A stretch of DNA of 64,000 bases from Balanoglossus misakiensis (Eukaryota > Animalia > Hemichordata): the NCBI GenBank assembly GCA_040954595.2, contig CM082596.2, positions 7,518,468 to 7,582,467 of the forward strand, given 5' to 3'. How positions within the stretch are numbered: the first letter of the stretch is position 1; the number at the start of each line of letters is the position of its first letter. Of this stretch, positions 38,701-49,807 are shown in pieces. The translations under genes were made by a program, and so were the position numbers. The notes beneath the pieces were generated by a model, which was given only the letters and a program-made list of their open reading frames with translations, was not told the DNA's origin and made no database searches.

Positions 38701-39207
38701 GATCTAGCTTGGCGCTGCGCGCACAACGTACTACCGATTCGCTCCCGTCTTGTTGCTTGGGGAATGCGTCGCGTCGTGCCGTACTGCCCGCGTGAAAATT
38801 GCGCGGCGGTGGAATCGTTAGCCCACGCTTTGATATTTTGTCAACATGCTAACTACGTGTGGGCTTGGGTAGAGAACCGTTTGTACCGACTGAGAGGCGC
38901 GCTTAAGTTCGATGAAAATCTCATCTTACGAGGACTTACGGAGTGTAATTTGTCGCGGGCCAACCGGGCGCTGGTGATGTACATAGTGAATGTGACAAAA
39001 ATGTGTATTTGGCGGACGCGATGTCAGGCGGCCTTTGAGTATATTTTCCTATCTCCAGAGGACGTTTTACTTACCGTCAAAGATGAGATTCGGCAGCGTC
39101 TCCAGGCTGATCGAGTTAGACTGACAACTGAGGAATTTTACAGTCAGTGGGGTATTGCCGGGATCCTTGCCGTTCGTTCGAGCTCAGGACCGCGAATCTT
39201 GATCTGA
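35713..39207 (+). CDS. Retrotransposon ORF2: apurinic-like endonuclease, reverse transcriptase, C-terminal Cys/His motif
   Basis: Likely start MLNLCSINVNGL; FLQETH, NVYAPN, GGDFN, RLDRF, SDH (APE); KAPGSDG, RPISLLNVDYKI, DQRKAFD, GVRQGCPLSP, QYADD (RT); CPRENC...ESLAHALIFC. Confidence 0.95.
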   Translation: MLNLCSINVNGLKDSVKRNSLFSSFRDSKFDIIFLQETHCSSSREMAMWGREWGGPNYWSLGSNSSRGVGILISPSSGFSLQDFTSDVDGRLVAGTVSFSSFTCRLINVYAPNSPSGRINFFAGLSDFIGSHSNIILGGDFNCVSCPVDRFGGSTSNTTCFIGSEVLQKLCSDYGLVDVWRRQHENLQEYTWRNRSCSVGSRLDRFYMSSAFKTSSSIVPCSLSDHDMCSVSIRGGQSVRRGPGVWKCNVSILSDPSVLDEIRHRVANWVTLQEAFPCLSDWWDMVKERLKVLLKKHSRKVALKKKALLSSLYDQLRDLTSCLNSGKRSRFIVNNYNSVKERINKLTQDRLAGVKIRSRAHWLEHEEKCSRFFFARERKRAVKKCISKMVDVDGNVRTDQEGISSVICDYFASLFSPTDSLSSSEQDFFISKLERALDPEQQARLDAPFTMEELTSAMKSMKNGKAPGSDGFQKEVYVRLWDTLGPIYLEVCNDILAKKRLGASQRWAVVTLLSKSVPPGDVNGQYRPDNKRPISLLNVDYKIIAKVLCNRLSSVLPDLVNPFQTCGVKGRSITDNLHIVRDFLFRCNSRNSQGAIVSLDQRKAFDTVDWVFLHKVLEKFNFGSVFRDWIQILYTDISSSFLVNGFLSDPVVIGRGVRQGCPLSPLLYVLFIEPLAAVIQAEQKVQGFNIPGYPHSVKLLQYADDNTVLVTDNASFKVIFDIFSRFALASGSCINRKKCKGLWLGNWRGRSDSPEQLQFSNDSIFINGVCFGEGAPIVNWSLKLQKCLKIFSKWGGRRLTLFGKVLVANVVIMPAMWYVAALFPPPPSVIAKFNTALFSFIWSGKKPELVRRLVLYQPLEKGGLGLVNLELKAKALLLSQFLPLIQDVTVKPVHFLMKRYFSLPLRSLFPFFWSNTLPQYAECPLWYSTVVTLVKSLFPLLCKNSLSWSNLKSVHTYHLLLSAIDTVPPVVKRSPSLCWKDVWSSVHTSSLDNTLKDLAWRCAHNVLPIRSRLVAWGMRRVVPYCPRENCAAVESLAHALIFCQHANYVWAWVENRLYRLRGALKFDENLILRGLTECNLSRANRALVMYIVNVTKMCIWRTRCQAAFEYIFLSPEDVLLTVKDEIRQRLQADRVRLTTEEFYSQWGIAGILAVRSSSGPRILI

Positions 39208-39872
39208 GCTGGTTGTTTTGTTTTCACTTACCCGCATTCGCGGTTTTTTCGTCATCGTCGATGATATCCGGTTACTTCGTCTTCAGTTAACTGCATACGT
39301 GATTACTCTTCGCCGCGCAAAACAGAGTGTCTCGCGTTTTTCGTTTTTTACCGCGTGTTTTCGAATGAGTGCGAGTGTGTATGGGTGTTTCACCTGGCTG
39401 TACATCGCGTTCCTTTCCACTTGGTTATGGTATTTCTTCGTTGTATTCTGTATTTCTCCTCTTGTCTTTTCAGCATTTCTTCAGTGATGTATTCTTGGAT
39501 TCTTTTAGAGCGAGTTTTTGATTGGTGCTTTGTAACCTTTGACCTGTTAAAAATAAAGATTGGGGTGGGGTCAGGTCGTGTTACGACTGTTCATTTGTGC
39601 TGGTTTTTCAACATTACTTTGCTCTTAAGTTGTTGTATTTTTCGTTTAGTTTTAATATTGTTTCGATCGTTACCTTTACTTTGGAGAATTGGGCAGGGGG
39701 TGTCGTACGCCCTTGTACTTCGAACCGACGTGGTTTCGGCCTGCCTAGGGGCTCCCGTTGTTTTCTTCTGTTTTTATAGTTTTTCGGATGTAGTCTAGTT
39801 GATTTGTTGTCTCTGTGAAGGAGTAAGTTGTTAGGTTAGGTTAGTTTTTTGTTTACCCCTAAATCAAAAAGG

Positions 39873-40025
39873 AGTATCTGTTCTTATCAGCTTAATATCT
39901 GATACGCTGCTCACCGAGCAGCTCGATATTAAACTGATTTTTGGAAACGGGCCATGGAATAGGGGCTTGCTCCGTCCTGGCCACGGATCGACCTGGTATT
40001 GCAGTACCTCCAGGAACGGTCCACC
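39873..40025 (+). ncRNA. U2: U2 snRNA gene, 3' fragment (from about nt 35)
   Basis: AGTATCTGTTCTTATCAGCTTAATATCTGATACG, Sm site GATTTTTGG, GGGGCTTGCTCC, and stem-loop IV CCTGGTATTGCAGTACCTCCAGG. Confidence 0.95.
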
Positions 40026-40952
40026 TCACAATTAAATCAAAAATAAGACTTGAAAATGATTTCTGAGAAGTGGAAAGCACTGAAATTCTCTTCATACCAG
40101 TTCTGGTTTTTATATCTACATGTGTATGTACCAGAGTTATTTGCTTCAACTAACTCCAATCTTCAAAGCAAGGTTGTTTTTTACCTCAAAAATTAATTTA
40201 AATTGTAGAATGTGTCAAAGCTATAGGGAGCATAAGAATACCGCGCAGTGTTACCGACAACGAAGATCTGCTAGCCATCAGTAAATCGATCCAGGCACGC
40301 TCCCCTACAGGTCAGAGTTCATTCGAATTTTAGCAGTTGGTCGAACAGGAAACACCCCCAGGACCGTCGGTGCAACGCCTGATATTGTAGCGTTAAAGTG
40401 ATGCCGCTGTTGCGACCTTTAAATCACCAAGAATCACGATATAAATCATACCAAAGTTGTAAACCAGCGGATACTTACTTCTGCACACCTGTTAAAACTA
40501 CTTTCCTATTTTGGTCAGGCTCACAAGGTCAGTATTTATTGATATGTTGTTGAGGAACTAAACAACCTAAATGATGAATTGAGAAGTAGGAATTTCTATG
40601 TCATGATGCATGCGGAACTAGCTGTACTGTGTCATATATGCATGTCAACACTTCCGTATTTTTGCCGGAAAGCTTACGTTTCCCCAAATTGAGAGAATTG
40701 GATTTCATGGACCGTTTTAAGTCTGCATCCGTTGACGTAAAATGCATAATACCCAAAATAACAGTAGCGGGAATAGGGCTGGGGACCAGACTATCCTGTC
40801 CCTCAGGTCAGGTCAATACTGTACTGTATGAGCGAACTGATACTATTTGAACCAGGACACTTAGGCCTATTAATGTTATACTTAAAAGTTTGCAGGCAAA
40901 AATAAAAGAAAGTACGTCTCAGTAAAAAAACGGTTGTAGAAAGTAGGTGCAC

Positions 40953-41031
40953 TAGTCTCGGTTACCCAGACCGTCTGTTTTTTCCGCTGCGCTTAAGTTT
41001 GAAAACAGAGGAGTTTGGGTAACCGAGACCA
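40953..41031. mobile_element. Minimal (79-bp) Academ-family MITE
   Basis: TAGTCTCGGTTACCCAGAC...GTTTGGGTAACCGAGACCA; decayed 9-bp TSD TAGGTGCAC/CGGGCGCAC. Confidence 0.7.
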
Positions 41032-41528
41032 CGGGCGCACCTGACGTATGACCCCCCCCCCCCCCCATGACCCCCAGCATAAGCTGCAAACGTTCCTAGT
41101 GAACAATCTCACTTGCAGTTCGGAATAGTATTGAAACCAGCCGAAGCTCGCACAACGTCCACCCCCCCCCCCCCCCCCCTCTCGCTCTCAACACTCAGCC
41201 AATCACAGAATCGCATGCCGTGTGGGAGGTAAAAGTCCTCTCTCAAATCGACTTTGGTGCAAAAAAAAAAAGCTATACCAGAGTATCAAAACTATTATAT
41301 ATCACCACTTCTCCCTAAATCCATAACTCGTATCTGGTTAGTTTTCAAGTTGGCCAAAATGCCAAGCTACTATAAGCCACCGTGACGCACTTTGACCCGT
41401 TCTTTCTTCTTCTGCCTTTTCTCGTCAACATCTCAGCACGCAATGTAAAGGCCTACTTGAACCCTGAACCCAGAAGTAGCTCTAGATATTATTTAGACAT
41501 TTACATTGCGTTGAACAGACTGGACACC

Positions 41529-44500
41529 ATGTCGGTTGACAGCATCGTCGTTGCCACCTTTATACTGATACTAGGTTTACCTGGCTGCCAAGGACAAGGT
41601 AAGATAAAAGCGAGAATTGCCACCGTGAAAATAATGCACATTTATTGTATATGCAATGAACTCATAGAGAGTCTAATGTCACCCGTTTGTTTGCACATTT
41701 ATATATTTCGGTGTCGAACTTAAGGTTATGAGGCTTACATTTCCTTAATTGCTAAAAATTTCTGAAACTTGCCAACCAAAATGTAAATTCACAGTACTCG
41801 TTCATATACAATGACACAATAGACCCAACCCGGGGTCATATTCAGTACATTTCTTGTCTGAGTCCCTTTCATTTGACTCAATAGGGCGATTTGATTATGG
41901 TATGTACAATCATGGAGGTGGTACAATGTACACAAAAGCACAGAAATAGAAAAGATTTGTCTATTTGTCTGTGATAAAAGCAATAGTAGGTTGCTTCTAG
42001 TGAAATTTATACAGAAATTGTAATTAAGCATCGGCGCACATTCCAGTTTTGAGCGACATAAACAGAATTTACTTTTATTAAAGATGGATAAAAAATACCA
42101 ACTATTGTCGTCGCCTGTAGGATGTTTGCGCATGCTCAGTTATTGAAACGCATTTGCCTATACTATTACCTTTGGCTATTTGGCTAATTCCAGCATTTTA
42201 TATACATAATTATCGAACAGCGGTCGAACTGCGAAACTCCTGTTTAAATGCAATTGGCGTTATGAGGGTAAAATAACACCGTTTTCTTCTACGACATTGT
42301 CTATCAATTCAGGTAGCGAGTGTGGAGGTGATATTTATGAAAACAGCGGAGTGATTGATTTCATAGGAGACTCTTCAACGAACACCGAAGAATGTACCTG
42401 GACAGTTAACTCCTCCGAAAATTCAACGTTAACCTCGAAACTTCTTCAATGTCATTTTCGCAATCGGGGTCAAAGCAATATAGAGATTCGAGATGGTGGA
42501 TCTGGCGAGAAAATTTTACGAAAATACACCAACGGGGAATGTCCAGTAGACCAACGTGTAGACGAAATAGGATATACGTCATCTAACAAGATGTGGGTTC
42601 AGCTATACTCAAACAAGAGGTTTAATGACAACACTTACTTCACACTGAATTTTAGTGGTAAGTTTGTTGAACAGTATTGGCGGCAAAGGATTACGTAAAC
42701 TTTTCGCACATCCACAGAATTTGAATTTGTCAGTTTCCACCAAACGTAACGTCATTTCTAAGCATTTTCTGTTCGGATGGTAGGAGCGCCCTTGAACTAA
42801 AAGGATAACTTTTCTGGTGTATGTAAATACCAAGGAATATTGAACGAAGAATGAAGAAGTGCCCGTTGTGTTCTTGGTCACCCACATGCACAAGGTACCA
42901 TGTAGGCTCAAATAACATAGTGGTTTGTTTCGTTCTTCTCCACAGCGTGTGGCGGCGAAATTGAAGCTGCGGAAGGCAGAGTGTCGTCGCCATTTTACCC
43001 AGAGTCGTACGTAAGAGGTGGTGTGTGTAACTGGACGATAAGTACTCTGCACGGGGATATCATTGAATCCAGATTTATTTATTTCAACTTGAGATATGAT
43101 GACGATTTTGTTGAAATGGGACATGACATCGGTGACGGATATGCTGTCATAAGACGCTTCACAAATGCAAACAAGACTGAAATGATGGACGTTTATTATG
43201 ATACAATGGGGAAGACAATGAGGATCCAACTCAAGAGTCACAATAAAACTAGAAAAAATGAGCTAAGTCGTTATGGATTCGACTTGGGCTTTCGAGGCAA
43301 GTAAATTTATGACGCCCTTGTGCGTCCAATGAAACATAACTCATTGTAACCATGGTAACTATACAATTGTTTCCGGCAACTACTCTAATTGTGACCCACG
43401 GCATTGTCAGTTCCAGATGACGGGCAAACAATATTTCGACATCCAGTAAAAGTTTTTTGCCGGGTATGTTTATACTTTAGAGCCGCCAGACACGTAATAT
43501 GTATCAGGCATGGTGCCTCATCATCCTCATCCTCATGGCGTTTCGTCTGCACATCTGTGCACCACATTGTTGAAGTTGCCCGTCTACGTCAGCTGGAAAT
43601 TTGAATGCCAACGTAACTGCGTCTGGCTGCGTCTGACGTTATTTGATATCAAAGAATTGATGTGTACGGTACTTTCATCTCCATATCTATACAGGGTTAA
43701 TCGTGTGTTATCCACCAGAAGGTGTAAATAATGGCGATCCTGTACCGGCAGAAGACTTCTATAAGCCTGGTGATGAAATATCGTTGATTTGTCGCGAAGG
43801 CTATGAATCTTCAAAAAACCACACCAATGTTACTTGTGAAGATGACGGAAACTGGAGCGACGACATTCCAGAATGCCTCCGTGAGACCATTTACATTTTC
43901 ATTTCGTACCGATGTTTTCTGATTTCCTATACTTTAGACAAATGATATTACATCATTTTGATGTTTCCTGTCAAAGGAAAACACTTCCACAAAGTTTAAA
44001 AAGCTCATTGTGTGATTTTTTCCAAAAAACACCAGATTTATTATTAAATGGCGACTGTACATTTGTCAATTAATCGAAAATGTTAATATAGTATCTCACC
44101 TAAACGTTTTTTATCAGCTATATCCTGCAGAGACCCAGGTCAACCAGAAAACGGCGATGCGCTGGGCGACGACTTTACTTATGGTAGCAATGTTACATAT
44201 CAGTGTCGTGAAGGCTATATCCTCAATGGAACTGGCGCAACAACATGTCAAGCGAGTGGGTCCTGGAATGAAGATTTGCCCGAGTGTATACGTAGGTTTT
44301 AAACTGCATGTTGCAAATTCGAGTGGTCTTTTACCTTTGTGTTTTTCTACAACATGATGATGGGTGAGGGAGAGACGCCGGTAAGGGGAATTAACTAGTA
44401 ATAGTAGTAGAAGAAGTTTAGTAAAGCATACATGTGTTTTATTCAATAGCTGTGTCGTGCGGTGACCCAGAGCAACCAGAAAATGGCGATGCACAGGGCG

Positions 44501-47129
44501 ACGACTTTACTTATGGTAGCAATGTTACATATCAATGTCATGAAGGCTATATCCTCAATGGAACTGGCGCAACAACATGTCAAGCGAGTGGGTCCTGGAA
44601 TGAAGATTTGCCCGAGTGTATACGTAGGTTTTAAACTGCATGTTGCAAATTCGAGTGGTCTTTTACCTTTGTGTTTTTCTACAACATGATGATGGGTGAG
44701 GGAGAGACGCCGGTAAGGGGAATTAACTAGTAATAGTAGTAGAAGTATAGCAAAGCATACATGTGTTTTAATTTTAATTTTTCGTTTCAATAGCTGTGTC
44801 GTGCGGTGACCCAGGGCAACCAGAAAATGGCGATTCAGAAGGCGATGATTTCACGTATGGTAGCGACGTTAAATACCAGTGTCACGATGGGTACATACTG
44901 AATGGGGCTGATACATTAACCTGCCAATCGCGTGGATTCTGGAGTGAAGACGTACCTGTTTGCACTCGTAAGCTGAATTTGAAAGAAAAGAAAAAAATCA
45001 GTGTTTAAAAGTGTACAATGGGCAGATAATCTGGACATGGGGTATATAACAGCGTGTATGCACCATAGTTTACGAAAAAATTAATATTGGATATTACGCG
45101 TCAGATAGCACATGGTTTTTGAACATCTGGGAATGTGTGTGTGGGGGGGGGTGTTCACGTACGTGAATATTAACTAGACAGTGGTGTGTTCGTGACTGTC
45201 GCGTCCATTTTGAAATGCCGTTTGTAATATTTTTGTCCAAAACGTTTCACTCTCGTAATCCGATTATACAGTCAAACCTGTGTTGGTGACCACCTCTACA
45301 TGTAGTGGCCGCCTTTATATAGTAGCCACTATGTTACAGTCCCTGTGCAATTTACATGTGCATTAATTTAACATATACATGTATATAAAGACCACCTGTC
45401 TTGTCCAGTTTAGGAAAGTCCGTTGACTGGCCACTATAGACAGGTTTGACTGTACATGTATATATACCTCGATTTCGTTACTATACAGCTGTTGATTGTG
45501 GCGAGCCTGAGAACATAGACAATGCTGAGAAGTCTGGTGACTCATACCTGTATGAAGACATTGTGATCTACGAGTGTCATGAAGGATACTACTTCGAAAG
45601 TAACGTGTCATATATTGTGTGTCAGGCCAATGGAGAGTGGACTGAACTACCCCTATGTGTACTTGCCGGTTAGTATAAGCGCCACGGCCAATACATAATC
45701 ATTCAAAAGCAATTCACCCTCGGTTAGGCTGCATTCACAAACACCTCTGGAGGGGGGGGGGCGGGAGAATTCAATTTTTTTTACCATTTATTTTCACATC
45801 CCCCCCTTCCGAACTGCTAAAATTTTCAAATCCCCCCCTTCCGAACTGCTAAAATTTTCAAATCCCCCCCCCCCCATTTTCTTTCACACAGCAAAACACA
45901 TCACCTACCAGTATCTATCTTGTAAAAAAAGAAAAACAGCTCCCATGAAAAGAATTTGAAACTGATGTTTTCCCTCATCAATGAGTATTAAAACTGAACA
46001 TTGTATATATTTTTAAAGCTTTTGTATTCTTTGTTGGCAGACATTGTAAACCGAGAAGTGAAGGGGGTGGGTTTGGGAGGGGGTGTCCCCCTCCCACGTA
46101 AGAAAATTTTATAAAATACAGAGCTCAAAGCTGCATTTTAATGAAATCCAAAGGCAAATAAACTCAACTACCGGTATGTTGGGGAGGACAAATTTAACCT
46201 TCGCCGCTCAAAGTTAGCATTGGGAGGGGGGGTGGGCAAGTCCCCTGACCTGGGACACTAGACAAACCAGTCAATGATTTGAAAGGTATTTGAAAGGTGT
46301 TTATGAATGACAGGGGTGGGTGTGGGAGGGGGTGTCCCCCTCCCACATTAGAAAATTTTGTAAAATAAAGGGCGCGAAACTGCAATTTTGTGGACTCAAA
46401 ATAAATATTTAGTCCTCAAAGTTTTCAAGTCCCCCCCTTTCAGTCCCTAAATTATTTCAAATCCCCCCCCCTTACATACCCTCAATTTTTTCAAATCCCC
46501 CCCCTCAATTCTCCTGCCCCCCCCTCCAGAGGTGTTTGTGAATGCAGCCTTATATTACATAAAGCCTGATATCATGAAACGAAAGCTGGATATGCCTAAG
46601 CAAACAAGTACTTTTCCTCAAAAGGAAACTGACGAACAAATGGGACTCTTTTAACTCACTGAATATTAAAGCATTCTACACCTCGAATTTGTGTTCATAA
46701 TTATTTTCATTTCTGTATTCTATCACAGATGTTAGTGCTAGCAATAGCGTAGGTAAGTTTCAGAATTTGACTTATAGCTCCTTCGTAACTTATAACTCTA
46801 TAATTTGTTGCGAGAAACGTCGGTAAAAAATTACAATTTATCAGAAATTTCAAAGCAAAGAACAAAACCTATGACTGTCTGGTCTAATAAAATGAAAATC
46901 ATTTAAACTAAAATGCGTTATAATTGATACTCATTAATTCTTTTTCTTTCCAATTTCTTCAGCTGCTGTTGCTGTCACTTTGGCGGTCTTGGTGGTCATT
47001 TTGATAATTATTGGACTGGCAATAGTTTTATTAAGGAGAAGGTAAATGTAATACCTACAATATTCAATATCCAATTTAATAGACCTATCGTCTGCCACAA
47101 ATGTCTTATTATCAATCATCATCATCGTT

Positions 47130-47206
<77 letters not shown>

Positions 47207-48304
47207 GTCATCATCATCATCCTCATCATCATCACCACCGGGGAATTCCTATACGACATTTACTCTCGACGATCTCAAGCTCATATTTCGCAGGGACAGG
47301 AAAAATTGGTTCACTAATCTATTCTGCAGCAAAGCGCTTTCGTGAGCAAAGCGCAGCGCAGCGCAGGTAGACTGAAAAAAACCCCAAATTAATCAGCTTT
47401 CTTTCTGTTCAGAAACACAAAGACCAAGTCTCCTCCAAGCGCCATAAACGATATACGCAATGTGAACTACGAGCTGACAACGACAGGGACGAGCGGCACA
47501 GAACCTGTCGTCATCAACAACGACAGTCTAAACAACACCAAGAACCACAGGCGCAGTCACGTGCACCCTTATGAGAACGTCAGCCCTGGTGTCGATGCGA
47601 ACAGCCAGAGTATGAAAACTGGATTTGTTCATAACGATATCTACGAACCTGCCGACGAAGGGGTCGAAGGGCGTTCCCCGGACGATTTGAAACCGAACCC
47701 AAACCGGCCTATTGATCAGATCGAATCACGTTTTCGTAATTCGGAAAGAAATAATGGCGACACTGGATTTACAGAGAACGTAGTCTATGAAAGTTGCGAT
47801 GGAGACGAACAACATGAATATGCTGATGTGGGCGAAGGTACGCGCGAAAGATCAGACAGCGGCGCCCGTCCACAAGAACGCGCTGATAAAACGCGCAAGG
47901 AGGAGAAGGCTGATAGTACATGTAGTAAGAGCGGTCCAGAATATGACTATGCGTACGGAGTTGTTCCACAACATCGCCGAACAGGTGACACGAGCTCTCG
48001 GCCAGATGTGGTATTCACCGACAACATTGCGTACGAATTTGACGGTACATTTGACGACAGCCAATCAGACGCACGCAAGCCTGCTGTCGGTTTTGTTGAC
48101 AACGCCCTCTATGAACCCAGCGATGGTGACACCCACGGTGACCCCAAGTCCAAGTTCACCGACAACGTGCAGTACGAACTGGCGGACAGCGAAAATCCGG
48201 GCAGCGGCAATGTTGATGACGATGTGTATTATTCGACGATCGGCAACGATGACGATGCCGGTTTCCGTGACAACATTGCGTACGAATCGAGCACATTCAA
48301 CTAA
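41529..48304 (+). CDS. Type I membrane protein: signal peptide, 2 CUB, 5 Sushi/CCP, TM, tyrosine-motif-rich cytoplasmic tail
   Basis: Exons 41529-41598 (signal), 42313-42657 (CGG...CTWTV, CUB), 42946-43296 (CGG...SSPFYP...CNWTI, CUB), 43695-43880, 44118-44291, 44450-44623, 44794-44967, 45489-45668 (Sushi, C..P..NG...Y.C..GY...C...G.W....P.C), 46729-46752, 46963-47041 (TM AVAVTLAVLVVILIIIGLAIVLLRRR), 47413-48304; phases consistent. Confidence 0.9.
45269..45452. mobile_element. Tc1/mariner (pogo-like) MITE
   Basis: TA|CAGTCAAACCTGT...ACAGGTTTGACTG|TA. Confidence 0.75.
45727..46549. mobile_element. PIF/Harbinger-like MITE, copy 2 (intronic)
   Basis: Same TIRs and interior as 1094-1894; TTA TSD on both sides. 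Confidence 0.8.
47113..47234. repeat. (CAT)n microsatellite, intronic
   Basis: Directly visible. Confidence 0.95.
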
Positions 48305-48340
48305 TGAAGATTGGTAGACGAAAACGAACATTTATATTAA

Positions 48341-48523
48341 AAGTACACAGTCACCTCCAATTTAAATATGTCCATAAATGGCAAAAATGGCTTATCTGGG
48401 TTCTAAAGAACATATGGTGGTGCTCTTTTTTTCACTTGTGTCACCCACTGAAAATATGTGATTGGCTAGATCTCAGTTTGCCATGGTAACTGTAGCTAAA
48501 TTTCCATAGGTGACCGTATACCT
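48341..48523. mobile_element. Small TTAA-flanked MITE (Kolobok-like) just after the receptor stop codon
   Basis: TTAA|AAGTACACAGTCACCT...AGGTGACCGTATACCT|TTAA, imperfect TIR. Confidence 0.55.
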
Positions 48524-49107
48524 TTAACCGCTCTGAACCAAAACGTGAATTTTGAAAAACATTGCAAACAATGTATTTAAACAACATTTAATCTGAAAAA
48601 TAGTTAAATTTTAAATTTAGCATATATCTCACAAGCGGATTTATTTTTTACATGTATTTACAAGGACAATTCAAAATTATTGCATTTACATGAAATTTTC
48701 TTTTACACTTAAGGGACGGAGGACAAATTCACTGCTAAATATGATAGTAAGTTAGGTATGACGAATGCCCCTTACCACCGGCCACCGTAGCTACAGAAAT
48801 GTTTAATTTGTCAATTACATTTATCAACAGTTATTTCATTACCGTTTGAATTGTGCTAAAGTAGTTCCGATTGGGGGGGGGGGGTCCAAGAGTGACATTG
48901 CGTCTTTAAAGTGACATACCAGTATTGTAACCCTTTCTGTTAATAATCACGTGGAGTGACCGTGCTACCGGTATAATAAAATATCTTTGAGATAATAACA
49001 CACTAATTTTACCTCTCTGCTATCTATTACTGAACCATCGCTAACCACTATAGGGCGGGTTTGTCCCTCACAAAAAAACACGCCTAATTCGCCTGTGGAC
49101 GCAGCTT

Positions 49108-49308
49108 ATCAAAACATCACAGCATATACGTGTACAGTGAGTATTTGTTATTATGCAAAGTTTGAATTCAAGTCCAGAGTAGAATTCATTTGTCAACAAT
49201 ATCAGTGGTCGTTACACACATGCATTACCTTCTTTTTCTATTGTCTATGCAATGGTAATGAGGGTGACTATTTTTAGGGTCCTCTTTGTTCTACATTAGC
49301 GCGCATTC
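49108..49308 (+). repeat. 201-bp dispersed direct repeat, copy 2
   Basis: Matches 22676-22876. Confidence 0.9.
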
Positions 49309-49807
49309 AGGGGTGTCAAATACATCCCGATCGATCTTTCAGTATTCTACAAAAACGAGGCAATTGCGTTCATTATGACATCTGTGCTTCCCTTTGAACA
49401 CATTTCCATGCCAACTGGCGAACGCCACATTGGAAGAATTTAGAAACCCTACAAGTGCAGAGTGATGTTTAGATGCAGTCCCCCCCCCCCCCGGGCCGGA
49501 TTGAGAAGACATCTTTTGTGGAACTGCAAAGGTTAATTACTGAAGGTTAATCTATAAATGGAAACACAATGGGAATGCATTCTGCGCTCTATGCTAATTG
49601 TATGCGTTGTTAGTACGCGTAACTGTTAACACCTTCCCCTGCGCGTGATCTGGGGTTATCCACATATGTAAAGCCAATAAAAGACGCACTCGAAACGCGG
49701 ACTATAAACCACAGAGCCAAGTTTGTTTCTTGACCGTGTGTGGAGTGACCGTGATCCCAGTAAGCGTTGAATTTGGACACATCCACCAGTCTTTTTAAAC
49801 ATCTACG

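Larger units (their letters stand above)
33970..39872 (+). mobile_element. Full-length Tx1-clade non-LTR retrotransposon inserted in U2 snRNA (Keno-like)
   Basis: Lies exactly between the two halves of U2; two long intact ORFs (zinc-knuckle ORF1; APE-RT ORF2); ~190-nt 5' UTR and ~660-nt 3' UTR. Keno is the known U2-targeting Tx1 lineage; Utopia also targets U2 but uses a restriction-like endonuclease. Confidence 0.9.

Noticed and set aside
47101-47370. Poly-histidine ORF
   Set aside because: Intronic (CAT)n microsatellite.
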